Source of the DNA: Octopus sinensis
Taxonomy: Eukaryota
Direction of reading: 5' to 3'
Assembly: GCF_006345805.1 (NCBI RefSeq)
Contig: NC_043012.1
Span: 38,688,001 to 38,752,000, forward strand
DNA: 64,000 nt
The notes beneath the pieces were generated by a model. The model made no database searches. It worked only from the letters and a program-made list of their open reading frames with translations, and had not been told where the DNA came from. The position numbers and the translations under genes are program-made. Shown piece by piece: positions 1 through 13,296 of this stretch. How positions within the stretch are numbered: position 1 is the stretch's first letter; every line of letters starts with the position of its first letter.

Positions 1-138
1 TATACACGCATCCATACGTAGCTGTATACCTACATAAATATGTGTGTGTGAGAGTTTGAGTGTATATGCACGTTTTCGTATGTGTGTGTGTGTAAGCACA
101 CAATCAAATATGAAAAGTGTTGAGTAAATTAAGAAATA

Positions 139-491
139 GGAGTGGCTGTGTGGTAAGTAGCTTGCTTACCAACAACATGGTTCAGCGTTCAGTTCCACTG
201 CATGGGCCGATCAAAGCCTTGTGAGTGAATTGAGTAGACGGAAACTGAAAGAAACCCGTCGTATATATGTATATGTGTATATGTATGTGTGTCCGTGTTT
301 GTCCCCCCGACATCGCTTGACAACCGTTGATGGTGTGTTTAGGTCACGGTAACTTAGCGGTTCGGCAAAAGGTGTCGATAGAAGAAGTCCTAGGCTTACA
401 AAGAAAAAATTCTGGGGTCGATTTTCTCGACTAAAGGCGGCGCTCCAGCATGGACACAGTCAAATGACTGAAACAGGTAAAAGAGTAAAAG
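139..491 (+). mobile_element. tRNA-derived SINE, family 1
   Basis: Head ggagtggctgtgtggtaag with B-box-like gttcagttcc, body cttgtgagtgaattgagtagacggaaactgaaag, internal (TA/TG)n, tail ...gaaacaggtaaaagagtaaaag. Homologous to copies at 19758 and 28903. Confidence 0.9.
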
Positions 492-849
492 ATGATATAT
501 GTAGACTTATTTAAAACTGTAAGCCACCCCCTCCGAAACTGCGAAGTCACTTTCAATAAATGTATTACACACACACATACACGCACACACATACACGCAC
601 ACACATACACATTTGTTGACAGTAAATTCGAAATTCACCAGTGTTGATTTATTGTTTTCAATATGTCTGCGCATGTATTGATCGTTCTATTTAATCACTG
701 TCCATTGTGTTTATACAAGTGGTTATCTTGGAGTATAACTCTTTGTATGTATGTGTGTGCTTGGTTGTTGATTATAAAAGGAAGCCGCTCAAAAACACGG
801 AAATATTTTCTCGTGTAAAGCTTTTGGTGAGTGCTGAGCAAAAGATGTC

Positions 850-1080
850 AAGATATGGAAAGGAAACTAAATCAAATCTTCTTTTGCAGTTCCGTGAAGT
901 CGGTGGTAAGAACTTTCCAAAAATTCTAGATATTATTCAATTATTAATTCTCCTATAGTTAGAGTTACCTTCTCCAACACAAAGAATCTTTCACAAATTA
1001 TATCTTCTCATAATACCAGTCTGCTAAATAAAAGTTCATTTTCTGGGAGTATCAACATTAATTTTGCTAATTCCAGCCCC
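850..1080 (+). pseudogene. Degenerate Penelope-like element, region C-terminal to RT
   Basis: Translations VGGKNFPKILD and RVTFSNTKNLSQIISSHNTSLLNK resemble the PLE NIGK.FL.LLD and KISYS.M.N...IISSHN..IL segments. Collinear with the GIY-YIG remnant at 2130-2600. Confidence 0.45.
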
Positions 1081-1104
1081 TCACATAATAATAATAATAA
1101 TAAT

Positions 1105-1145
<41 letters not shown>

Positions 1146-1158
1146 TAATAATAATAAC

Positions 1159-1411
1159 AACCCTGGCTTACCATCCCTGCAAGAAGTGCAAAAGATTGTC
1201 TTAACTGGTACATCACACGTATTGAGAAGAGCATTGTCGATGTGAGAACTGTTGCTGCTCATGTATTTTAATTTAACTTTAAAAAAAAATGAACGAACTA
1301 ATGAGTTTGGTTTATGGCCTACCAATGTATACTATGAGTTTTTTTGCCCTAGGAGTCGGGAAGACACTCGGCAAGAAATGGAAGCAAATTTGAAAGAAGA
1401 GAAAAAAAAAG
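1159..1411 (+). mobile_element. R4/Dong-like LINE family B, 5'-truncated 3' end
   Basis: Encodes PGLPSLQEVQKIVLTGTSHVLRRALSM* followed by a 3' UTR nearly identical to 31624-31885 (minus). Flanked by (TAA)n on both sides. Confidence 0.9.
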
Positions 1412-1592
1412 TAATAATAATAATAATAATAATGATAATAATAATAATAATAATCATAATAATAATAATAAGAATAATAATAATTAATAATAATAATAAT
1501 AATAATATAATAATATAATAATAATAAAAGAAGAAGAAGAAGAAGAAGAAGAAGAAGAGAGAAGAAGAAGAGAAGAAGAAGAAGAAAAAGAA

Positions 1593-2067
1593 GAAAGCAA
1601 CCACACTCTGGGATATGTCAATACACACAGATAGAGAAATTAAGGCCAACAGACCAGATATAGTTGTCAGAGATCATGAAGAAAAAAAATGTTTTCTAAT
1701 TGATGTATCAATACCAGCAGATGACAACGTGTCTCTAAAAGAAATGGAGAAACTTTCAAAATACAAAGACCTGGAAATAGAGGTAACAAGAATGTGGAAT
1801 CTAAAAACCGAAACAATTCCTATCATAGTAGGTGCATTAGGCATGATAAAAAAATATTCAGACAAATACATAACAAAAAGACCAGCACTTACAAACACAT
1901 ATAACATACAGAAAATTGCACTACTAGGCACTGCATACATCCTACGCAGAACACTTTCCATACAGTAACCGTCAGAGCATCACAACAAATCACAGCACAT
2001 ACCCAAGGCACACAGAGCTGCGCTCGGTATTGAAGTGAAAGCTCGCTATAGAAAATAATATTACTTA

Positions 2068-2068
<1 letters not shown>
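1593..2068 (+). mobile_element. R4/Dong-like LINE family A, 5'-truncated (RLE endonuclease + 3' UTR)
   Basis: ORF 1615-1968 has the PD-(D/E)xK motif RPDIVV...LIDVSIP...KE.EKLSKY. The 3' UTR matches other family A copies and runs into (TAA)n. Confidence 0.93.
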
Positions 2069-2125
<57 letters not shown>

Positions 2126-2129
2126 GCAA

Positions 2130-2600
2130 TTAAAACATGGTTTTGGTCTCTGATGACAACCCCAACAGAATTAAATTTATGTCTAGTAATTCTAAGATCA
2201 AGAATTCTATATACCAATGTAAAATTTCATGAAGTACCGATGTCTACTTCTACACTGGCGCATTCTCTTATCAGTTATCTAAGAGAATTTCCAATCATTA
2301 TTCTTCATTTAGGGATAACAGTAAACGTCATAGTACAGGGCTAAGTAAATTGGTTTGGTTTCTTAAAGACAACAGTAAGGATTTTAGGTTAGATTGGTTC
2401 ATCCTGTCCATATCTTTCCCTTACGATAAGGGCAAAGGATTTGCAACTCTGAACTCTTCCATATTCTCTTCTCTAAGAATCACCTTGTTAACACACATAA
2501 TAAATGTAAGCACTGGCAGAAACATACCTTTAGCTCATATAAGTGATTTTACCAGTCTTTATAGTTTGAACATTTAGTTCAACTTGCACTTTACTTCAAT
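2130..2600 (+). pseudogene. Degenerate Penelope-like GIY-YIG endonuclease
   Basis: One frame reads SIYQCKIS*STDVYFYTG...LSKRISNHYSSF...HSTGLSKLVWFLKDN...LDWFIL...PYDKG, matching the PLE endonuclease pattern IY...YIG...R..NH..SF...ST.LSK..W.LK...W.IL..PY. Confidence 0.65.
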
Positions 2601-3077
2601 AGAGAAATCTACTTCCAAGCCTTTGAAAATTTTTCAACCAATATATCGCTCTTTATTTGTTCTCTACTTATTTCTTTACCCCTTTACTGCCTTTGACGTC
2701 GAATCTACTAACGTTTTTTTTTAAATACTTAATAGCATTCTGATTATCATTTATGCAGTCGTCAAAATTGCTGTAATGTCTTGTTGAGATAGGTTCTCTT
2801 TCTTTCCTGATAAGAAAATTGCATTTTACACCGTTTATTCCAAAGGAATAAAACCATGTTGTCTTCGAAACATATGTCGAAAGTAAAAGAATTTGAATAA
2901 CATCTGCGTTCATCTCCATTTATTTACTTATACTACACAAATTACTGCACATTAACCCGGAGTTTCTACCTTTGAATAGGTCGCTACATCTTTGTTACTT
3001 GCGTGAATTTTGCTACCCTGGTAACTGTTTATTGAATTCTTCATGTTAACGGTAAACAAAGGATAATTCATTCATCC

Positions 3078-3130
<53 letters not shown>

Positions 3131-3137
3131 ATATTGC

Positions 3138-3171
<34 letters not shown>

Positions 3172-3215
3172 TTATATATACATATATATATATATATATA
3201 CGTACATATATATGC

Positions 3216-3297
<82 letters not shown>

Positions 3298-3851
3298 ATA
3301 TATATATATGCATAAATATATGTTCTTTACGAACAAGTCATCAGCTATTAACATCACAGTCATCATGATAATCGATGTAAATTAATGAACTTTCAGATGA
3401 GAAACAGCTGTAGAATTTAAATGAATCTTTAGTTAATGACTTGATAATACTTAACATATGAATCTTAATTACTACTATTATCATTATCATCATTATCCAC
3501 TAACTAATGGCTTGTCCATTAGATCAAGAACAACTCCAATTTAATCGAGGATTAAAAAACAATATTTTATACAAATTATCTGGTAGCTGATTTTATCCAC
3601 TTAGCGATATTAAAGAGAAAATGTCTGAAGCTTTCATACATTGAGAAAATGCAATCCTAATATTTAAGATTCAGGAACGCTTTTAGAATTTATGGGTTTT
3701 ATGTAAAACGAAAAAGGGCTCGTGAAATGAGATTTCTAACATAAATTTACATTTCTTAAAGATTTAAAAGTATACAAATACTTTCTTGCATGCATACACA
3801 CCCTCACACAAACTCACACATATGCATACACACAAACAAGCAAAAACACAA

Positions 3852-3883
<32 letters not shown>

Positions 3884-5494
3884 CAAACTATACCTTATAT
3901 ATGTGTCTGTTGTGCGTGTGTATGTGTATGTGTGTCTATGTGTGTATAAGACATGGTTTTTAACGATGACGTATAAAAAATGATAAATGAGAAAAACAGG
4001 AAAAACGCTAAAAGCAATGTCGTTAAATGATTATTTCAAATGCAAATACGTTTAGAATCTGATAATAAGAGTAACAACAAGAATGCCATGAATAATAATA
4101 AGGCGAATAGTAATGAGTGGAGGGATAGAGCTAGGGAAATGTGTAAGAAGGTAGTGATATAGAAAAACAAAGGAACAGGCCGTAAGGGGAGAGCGAAATG
4201 ATTGACAAAAATGCGCTAATGAGGGAGGATTCGTCAATGGGGAAGAAATAGAGCAATATAACCAAAATGTTGAATTGTGTGGAAAATATTGACCAGATTG
4301 ATTAATTGGTTTTTAAGTACTTGTACACTTTTAAAACCCTGTGTAGGCTTCTTGAAAATTGTCCAGGCTGTTCTCTGAAGAAGAGAAATAATTAGCAAAG
4401 AGCATTTCCAAGTATTTTGTTGCACAAACTTAATATGGCTCCTTATTCTCTGACTATGACTTGTGTGTATTCAGAAGTTTTGCGCGTTAGTTTGAAGGTA
4501 GAAGATTTAGATATCAGATCGTCCAAGTACAAAGCTACAAGAGTCTAAACCAATATATTGTGAGTCTGTAAAGCAGAGAATATGTTACAAGTTACTTCAG
4601 TAAAGATTGTTCGATATCATAATTGAGAAGGGCTACTATGTTGAGATATACGCTATATTAATTGTCAACGGAGATCGAAAAATATTTGGATTGCTTCTAT
4701 TTTGTTTAGAGGTCAGATGTTTATTAAAGTTACTGATTACGATTACTAATATAAAAGTTTCTCTTGGAAAGATTTGGAGCAAATTTTAGGATTTTAACAG
4801 TTTTTGTTAAAAATAGTATAGTATTTGTGTTGTGTAGGAAAGTGCTTTTAAGGAGAGTCAAGGAGAATATAGCGAGTCATAACAATTAATAATTCTATGT
4901 CTATTCTGATGTGGATTTCTAGTTCAGGGATAACAGCACATTCTTCCCATTTATGTATTACCTCTACTATTTCTTTTACAGTTTTATTTATGTGATTTAC
5001 ATTTTCCTGCCTGACATGTTCTCCTCTTTTTCACATGGAACTGTCAGTATTCAGAGATTTTCAAAGGTTTCAGCATTCTATCTTCGTCCTAGACAATTCT
5101 GTCTTCTCCTCACTACCCCTTTTTTCTCTCGATTTCTCTGCAATGAGAAATAATAACACTGCTTATCTGATCCTCAGACTACCAATGACAATCAAACGTA
5201 TCTTATTTCCATCACCAGCAATTCCACAATCATTGACCAAACAAAAGAGAGTCCACTGATATCATCATCACCACACCTCACAATCCAAACCACTTCACAC
5301 ATGCATCCTATATGTATGTGTGTATGTGTGGGTGTGGGTGGGTGTATGTGTGTGTGTGAATATATATATAAATATGAATATATATATATATACATATATA
5401 TCTTATATTGCATTTTTCTATATTCTAAAACGACTTAGTTGTCCGAGAAAAGAAGCAAGCCTGTCTCTTCAAATAAGTTGTTTCAACATACATA

Positions 5495-5554
<60 letters not shown>

Positions 5555-6341
5555 TAGATAGATAGATAGATAGATATATATACCAATATATATATATATT
5601 ATATATATATATATATACCAATATATATATAATATAGATATATATACAAATTCAGAATGCTCAAAGACACACACATACATGCACACACACACACGCACAC
5701 AGTCTCTCTCTCACACACACACACACACATACATACACACACATACACATATATATATATGTCTGGGTGTGCGTCTGTGTGGTTGTGTTAAATCGCAACT
5801 AGGAAATGGTTTGACGTCAGCAAATAGAAATGACAGAGACACTTGTAAACGTAAAGCTACGAGTGATATTTGATGCTTCAAATATAAATAAAAACAAAAC
5901 AAAAACAAAGCCCACGTGACCTTTCCTTTCGTCGGTTGTCGAACTGTGAAGACATAAATGACTGCCATTGCTCGACCGGAAGTGAGAAAAGTTACAATAT
6001 ATCAACAGGAAATGGTTTCTCTAAAGCAACCATTTCATAATGGCTGACTACAGATTTTACATTTATCTTTGTGGCTTTGATTTCACTGTTTACATGTATG
6101 TCTATACGTTGAACTACACACTCAGACGCGTACTTCATGAACATACATATACAAACATACAAACATGCATACATACATACATACATACGTACAGACATAC
6201 ATACATACATACATGCATACATACATACAGACATACAGACATACATACATACATACATACATACATACATACACGCATGCATGCATAAATATATATTCAT
6301 ATATATATGTATATATATATATACTTATATATGTGTGTATA

Positions 6342-6387
<46 letters not shown>

Positions 6388-7066
6388 TGTGTGTGTGTAT
6401 TTGTGCGTATATATTTACATATATATATATACACGCTCATACACATTACTAGTGATCATACATACGCAAATACACACACATACAAACACAGGTACACACA
6501 CGTACACAGACACATACAAACAGACAAGCATACACATACAGGTATACATGTACATGTATGGAAACATCCACATTCATACAAAACAGAAACGCTCGCATAT
6601 GTGTGTATGTATGTATGTATGTGTGTGTGTGTGTTTGTGTGTCTGTTTGTGTGTGTTTGTGTGTATGTATGTGTGTGTGTTCGTGTGTGTACATATGTAT
6701 GTATGAATATATAGACATATTTACATACGTACAAATATACATACAAGTGTACGTGTAAAGAAACAAACGCCGGTGCTTAGACACAGAAACGGTTTTATGA
6801 TGGGTACTGAAAGGTGCATACGCAGATATAAAATCATGTGCATACATGTTCGTTTTCACACAGACAGAGTGGCATCTACAAATATACATATACGCATACA
6901 GTTAGAGAGACGACATGCTGGCTGGCAAATGATATACACTAACGTAAACATTCACAGGGAAGACTTCAATTGAACGACGAGATTTCATTCTGGAAGACCA
7001 AACATAGGAGCGGAAAATGTTGATGAGTAAACACAGACACACGAATATGAGTGTGTGTGTGTGTGT

Positions 7067-7109
<43 letters not shown>

Positions 7110-7551
7110 ATAATGTGTCTGTCTGTGTGTTGGAAATATCCACTTCTCAGTTTGGAAAACGACCAAAGAATTTTCAAGAGAAAAGATTTACTGACTTTGT
7201 ATTGAACCAATATACGAAAGGAAGTGAAACATGTCAAACATGGCGGAGCTAACTTCAGGGAACAAAGGGGAGATAACTAAATACTTGGTTGTCATTTAAT
7301 CGAGCCATCTAAGATTTCTGCAAAACTAATTTCTTAGAGTCTTTTATTGACTTCAGTGCTTTGAGTGAAGCAATCCTTCATATATATATTAAAATGTATT
7401 AACCGAGGAGGACAATCACAAGCACGAGATAGTTCAAATGACATCAATAAATGATAACCGTCTGAGAACGGTTGTGTAAAATGACGCAGCCTGTTCGAGA
7501 GTGGAATGGAAATAGGTTAAGAGAAACACATTTTAAAAGATTACGCTCAGG

Positions 7552-7725
7552 TCCTCCGTCCCTTACGACGACGAGCATTCCAGTCGACGAGCATTCAACA
7601 GAACTGTCTACACTTGAAATTAATTTGCTAGTGGCGGAGCAATCCGCAGGCACGCGTGCCATTAACGTAGATCTTTACGTGATTGAGCGTGACACGGGTT
7701 GTGACAAGGCTGGCCCTTTTGAAAA
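7552..7725 (-). mobile_element. Old SINE remnant related to the family 3 body and tail
   Basis: ttacgacgacgag...gcgtgacac...gtgacaaggctggcccttt aligns by eye with 50195-50350. Confidence 0.7.
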
Positions 7726-8150
7726 AAGAAGGACAACTCATTTTTGTCAGCAGATTGGACCAGAGCAAAGAGAAATAATGTGTGGTGCTTAAGGGTACAA
7801 TGCACCGACAAACGAATACACTACCAGTAAGCCATGCTTCTTCATTAGAAAATAATATATATATAGTAGTACCTCACTTTACGACAACTCGTTTTACGAG
7901 TCCGCGGGTTTACGAATTGCATTTTATAAAAAATATAAAAAGATTATACAGCCATTTTGTGTGTGTGATAATGTTATAACATGTGGCAACACTGGTTCTG
8001 ACTGGTCTACACACCGACAAAGGAAAGTGACAGCATAAAATGTCATTGCTACTATGGGAAATCATTGCTCTGCTTTACAAGCAATCTCCGGAAACAAATT
8101 AACTCGTATATCGAGGCATTAATGTATTTATAAAGAAATATATATATATA

Positions 8151-8824
8151 TATATAAGAAAAAAGGTTTGAAAATGCAATTTAAACGATGTTTATTTACT
8201 TAACCGGTTTCACTCTTTGGTAAAAGATTGTCAAAAGTTACATTTAAGGAAACATTGAATAATATGGGTTCAAAAAAAGTTTTTTACATAATTGTCACAT
8301 TGAATATTATGCATTCAAAAAAGTTTTTACATAATTGTCACATTGGATATTATGAATTCAAAAATGTTTTTTTATACATAATGTCACATCACATGTATAA
8401 ATATAGTGTTTGTAACAGAGAAGTTCAATAGTGTGATGAGAATATTTGGGAAAATTTGGCAGAAAAGGATTAAAACAAATATTATATTGGGGAAATTGTT
8501 TTTGCGTTTTTTTTGGTTGTCGCAAATTGTCAAATTACATGTATATATATACAATCTTTGGTATATATATACAGCCTTTTGACAGCAAAAATTAAAATGG
8601 ATTTTTTATACATCTCAGAATATTTTAAGTACAAGGCGAGAATATTGTTTTACTGACCTCGTCGGTATTAGCAGAAAGGCTGAACTGAGAGAACAGAGGA
8701 AGTAGCCAATGTGGTGTATACTTCACCTTATGCATGAATGATTTTGGGGTTATCAGGAGGTTAGTATGCGGGTGTGAATAGATGTGTCCGTGCCCGCTGG
8801 TCAGATAGCGTCTGTTTGTCACAC

Positions 8825-8859
<35 letters not shown>

Positions 8860-9064
8860 ACAACACACACACACAACAACACACACACACACACACACAC
8901 ACATAGTAAACAAACACACACCACATACAAACAACACACACACACACACAGAACACACACACCCACACACAACGCACCCACATATATCACATATACACAC
9001 AGCACACAAATATAATATGTATCTATATATAACATACACAGATATATAACACACATACACACAC

Positions 9065-9097
<33 letters not shown>

Positions 9098-9397
9098 CAC
9101 ACGCACACATACATACATAATATAAATATCACACAAATACACCTAGCATATATATACACACATACAGCATGTAAGTAATATACATACACAATATATGCAT
9201 GCAATATACATACGCAGTACATACATATAATATATATATATAGACAATGCATATACATATATACACATATACATATAAATAGTGTTTACATACACATACA
9301 TAGATGTACCACATTTACACACAATACACATACATACAACGCATACACATACACGTACGCATACATATAATATATATATACCAACATATACACACAC
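8151..9397 (-). repeat. Left inverted arm (~1.25 kb) of the PLE
   Basis: Reverse complement of ~12100-13296; for example gtgtccgtgcccgctggtcagatagcgtctgtttgtca pairs with tgacaaacagacgctatctgaccagcgggcacggacac. Confidence 0.95.
8262..8395. repeat. ~43 bp tandem repeat, about 3 units, inside the PLE arm (mirrored at ~13050-13190)
   Basis: Repeated ttcaaaaaagtttttacataattgtcacattg(a/g)atattatg. Confidence 0.85.
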
Positions 9398-9399
9398 CG

Positions 9400-11109
9400 G
9401 AATGACTTGACAGCAAAGGAATGCGACTACATTACTAAATTTAATTGCAAAACCAGCACACTCTATGGGCTTCCAAAAATACACAAGAGTCAAATTATCA
9501 CAGAAGCTTGCAAAAAGTCCACTTCAACCTGCATCACTATATCACATCCCACTGATCTCAAACTGAGACCAATAGTGGCAGGCCCAAGTTGTGAAACACA
9601 CAGACTTAGCAACTTTATAGATATCATCTTAAAGCCAATACTGAAACACATTCCAAGTATTGTAAGAGATGACCTGGACCTATTAAACCATCTCCCCAAA
9701 CATGCCGATAAAGACACCTTAATCGTTTCTTGAGATGTTATTAATCTTTACACCACAATCCCACATGAATTGGCCCGGAAGCCATTAAATTCTGGCTGGA
9801 TAAATATCCCAATGAGATCCCGGAAAGAATTAAAAAAGAATTCATAATTGAGGGCCTCAAATTATTCTGCAAAACAACTTCATGTATTTCCACAACAACA
9901 CTTACAGACAGGTCTCAGGAACTGCAATGGGTACGAAAGTTGCACCTACCTATGCAAACCTGGTGATGGCCTACCTGGAATCACATATCTATGAAAAATC
10001 AAATATAAGTACGGCCAGTCTTTCAACAAATACCTGTTGGAGAACTGGAAACGCTACTTAGATGATTGCCTCATCCTATGGTCCCACACACTCGACCAAC
10101 TTATAGACTTCAAAAAACCTTATCAACAGTGTAAATAACAACATTCAATTCACAATGGAATATAGTCAGGACCAACTCCCTTTTCTTGACATCCTAATCA
10201 TTAAAAAAGGCGTCAACATTGAAACTGACATCCATTACAAACCACTGACTCTAAACAATACCTTCTATTCACCTCCAATCACCCAAAAACACACAAAGAC
10301 AAATATCCCCTTCAACCTAGCGAGAAGAATCTGCACTATTGTCTCAAATGACACACACGAAATAGAAGACTCGGGAACTAAGGGCAATTCTTCTCGAAAG
10401 ACATTACCCGGCATCACTAGTAGACAACGGAATAGAACGGGCCAAATCAATCAACATTCAAGACCTTCGAAAACCCAAACACATCCACAGTACAGTCAAT
10501 AGCCTCCCTTTCTCTCAACACACAACCCAAGGAATGCAGAAGCTTACACTATTATATACAACAACATTCCACAACACTAAATCAAGACCCACGCCTGAAA
10601 AAAATACTGGCAGCTCATAAATAATAAAAAGTAAGAGACAACCTAAATCCCTAAAAAAACCTCCTCACCAACGCAAAATTACACAACACAAACCCACCGC
10701 CCACCATCAAAAAAATGTGGTCGCCCCAACTGCAAGACCTGCATCCACCTCATTGAGGGATCATCGTACAAGTTCCACTCGGGACACATATTCATCATAA
10801 AAAATAATTTCACGTGCGCATCAAAAAATTTACTCTACGTCATAAGGTGTAAAGGATGCACGAAGACTACATAGGGCAAACGAGCCTTACCCTCAGAGAC
10901 AGAATGACAGTTCACCGACAACAACTGAGGGACCCCCCCACAAGACAGATACCACTAAGTGGACACTTAGACCTTTGTGCCACAATAAGTCCCCCAAATT
11001 CTTAGTCTTCCCACTATACCAATGCTCGGACAACACCACAGACCAAACACGAATAAATAAGGAAAGTAATCTTATTCAAAAATACAGACCACAACTAAAC
11101 ATACTCTAA
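9400..11109 (+). pseudogene. PLE reverse transcriptase + GIY-YIG endonuclease, frameshifted
   Basis: Motifs LYGLPKIHK, LRPIV, DVINLYTTIP, GTAMG, RYLDD, LPFLDI; linker CGRPNCKTC; endonuclease LYVIRCKGC..YIGQT..LRDRMTVHRQQ; stop at 11107-11109. Contains an internal stop and several frameshifts. Confidence 0.92.
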
Positions 11110-11296
11110 CATAACCCCTGGAAACACATCCAGAGCAAGCACACAGGGACGCGCGCACGCTCACAGCATATCGTGCGGGCGGGCGGGCACATGCGCGCAT
11201 CGGCACGCATAGGACACACTAGCGGGCATTGACCGCACACATACGTGGCATGCACACGCATGCATTATATATATGTAGGTGATGTATGTGTGTGAG

Positions 11297-11335
<39 letters not shown>

Positions 11336-11562
11336 GTGTGTGTGTGTGCGCGGGGGTATATATATATGTGTGTGTGTGTGTGTGCACTGTGTGCGTGTGT
11401 GTGTAGTGTGTGTGTGCGCGCGCGCGCGTTGTGTGTATGTGTGTTGCACGTGTGTATATATGTGTGTGTGTGTGCACTGTGTGCGGGTGTGTGTGTATGT
11501 GTGTGTGTGTGTGTGTGTGTGAGCATTGTGTACGTATGTATGTATTTACATGCGTATTTGTT

Positions 11563-11593
<31 letters not shown>

Positions 11594-12096
11594 CTGTGTG
11601 TGTGTTGTGTGTGTATATGCATGGTATGTGTGTATATGTTAGTACTTTGTTTGTGTGTGTGTGCGGCATGTAGAGATATATTTGAGTGTGTACGCTATAG
11701 GTTTGTAATTTGTGTGTGTGGGGGGGGGTGAATTTTATATATATATATATATGTATGTGTATGTGTGTGAAAAAATATATGTATGTGCATGTATGTATGT
11801 ATGTATGTGTGTATATATATATATATATGTGTGTGTTGTATGTGTGTGTGTGTATGTGTGTGTGTGTATGTATATTATTTGCTTTTTATGTGTGTACACA
11901 TGTACATTTATTTGCGTGGGCATTGTGTATATGTATATTGTATGTATGTGTATTGTATATGTATGTGTACAATTAAGTGTATATAGGTGTGTGTATGTGT
12001 GCATTGTATATATGTATATTGTAGGTGTGCTATATATGCATGAATACATGTATGTGCATTGCGTGTATATATATGTATACATTGTGTATGTATGTT

Positions 12097-12099
<3 letters not shown>

Positions 12100-12129
<30 letters not shown>

Positions 12130-12596
12130 GTATGCGTACGTGTATGTGTATGCGTGTGTATGTTTGTATTGTGTGTATATGTGGTACATCTATGTATGTG
12201 TATGTAAACACTATTTATATGTATGTGTATATATGTATATGCATTGTCTATATATATATATTATATGTATGACTGCGTATGTATATTGCATGCATATATT
12301 GTGTATGTATATTACTTACATGCTGTATGTGTGTATTATATGCTAGGTGTATTTGTGTGATATTTTATATTATTTGTATGTGGCGTTGTGTTGTGTGTGT
12401 GTGTGTGGTGTGTGTGTGTGTGTGTGTGTATGGGTGTTATATATCTGTGTATGTTATATATAGATACATATTATATTTGTGTGCTGTGTGTATATGTGAT
12501 ATATGTGGGTGCGTTGTGTGTGGGTGTGTGTGTTCTGTGTGTGTGTGTGTTGTTTGTATGTGGTGTGTGTTTGTTTACTATGTGTGTGTGTGTTGT

Positions 12597-12627
<31 letters not shown>

Positions 12628-13296
12628 GTGTGACAAACAGACGCTATCTGACCAGCGGGCACGGACACATCTATTCACACCCGCATACTAACCTCCTGAT
12701 AACCCCAAAATCATTCATGCATAAAGGTGAAGTATACACCACATTGGCTACTTCCTCTGTTCTCTCAGTTCAGCCTTTCTGCTAATACCGACAGGTCAGT
12801 AAAAAACATATTCTCGCCTGTACTTAAAATATTCTGAGATGTATAAAAAATCCATTTTAATTTTTGCTGTCAAAAGGCTGTATATATATACCAAAGATTG
12901 TATATAGTTACATGTAATGTGACAATTTGCGAAAACCAATAATTAACGCAACCAATTCCCAATAATATATTTGTTTTATCCTTTTCTGCCAAATTTTCCC
13001 AAATATTCTCATCACACTATTGAACTTCTCTGTTACCAAACACTATATTTATACATGTGATGTGACAATTATGTATAAAAAAACATTTTTGAATTCATAA
13101 TATCCAATGTGACAATTATGTAAAAACTTTTTTGAATGCATAATATTCAATGTGACAATTATGTAAAAAACTTTTTTTGAACCCATATTATTCAATGTTT
13201 CCTTAAATGTAACTTTTGACAATCTTTACCAAAGAGTGAAACCGGTAAGTAAATAAACATCGTTTAAATTGCATTTTCAAACCTTTTTCTTATATA
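12100..13296 (+). repeat. Right arm / 3' tail of the PLE
   Basis: Reverse complement of 8151-9397. Confidence 0.95.

Noticed and set aside
2150-2185. CTGATGA as a hammerhead core
   Set aside because: No stem II and no GAAA; it lies in decayed PLE coding sequence.
8640-8668. Possible hammerhead in the large PLE tail (minus CCGACGA-GGTC-AGT-AAAAC-AATATT-CTC; mirrored near 12790-12820)
   Set aside because: U4 is altered, the 3' strand of stem II is missing and there is no GAAA. At best a decayed relic, so it is not called.
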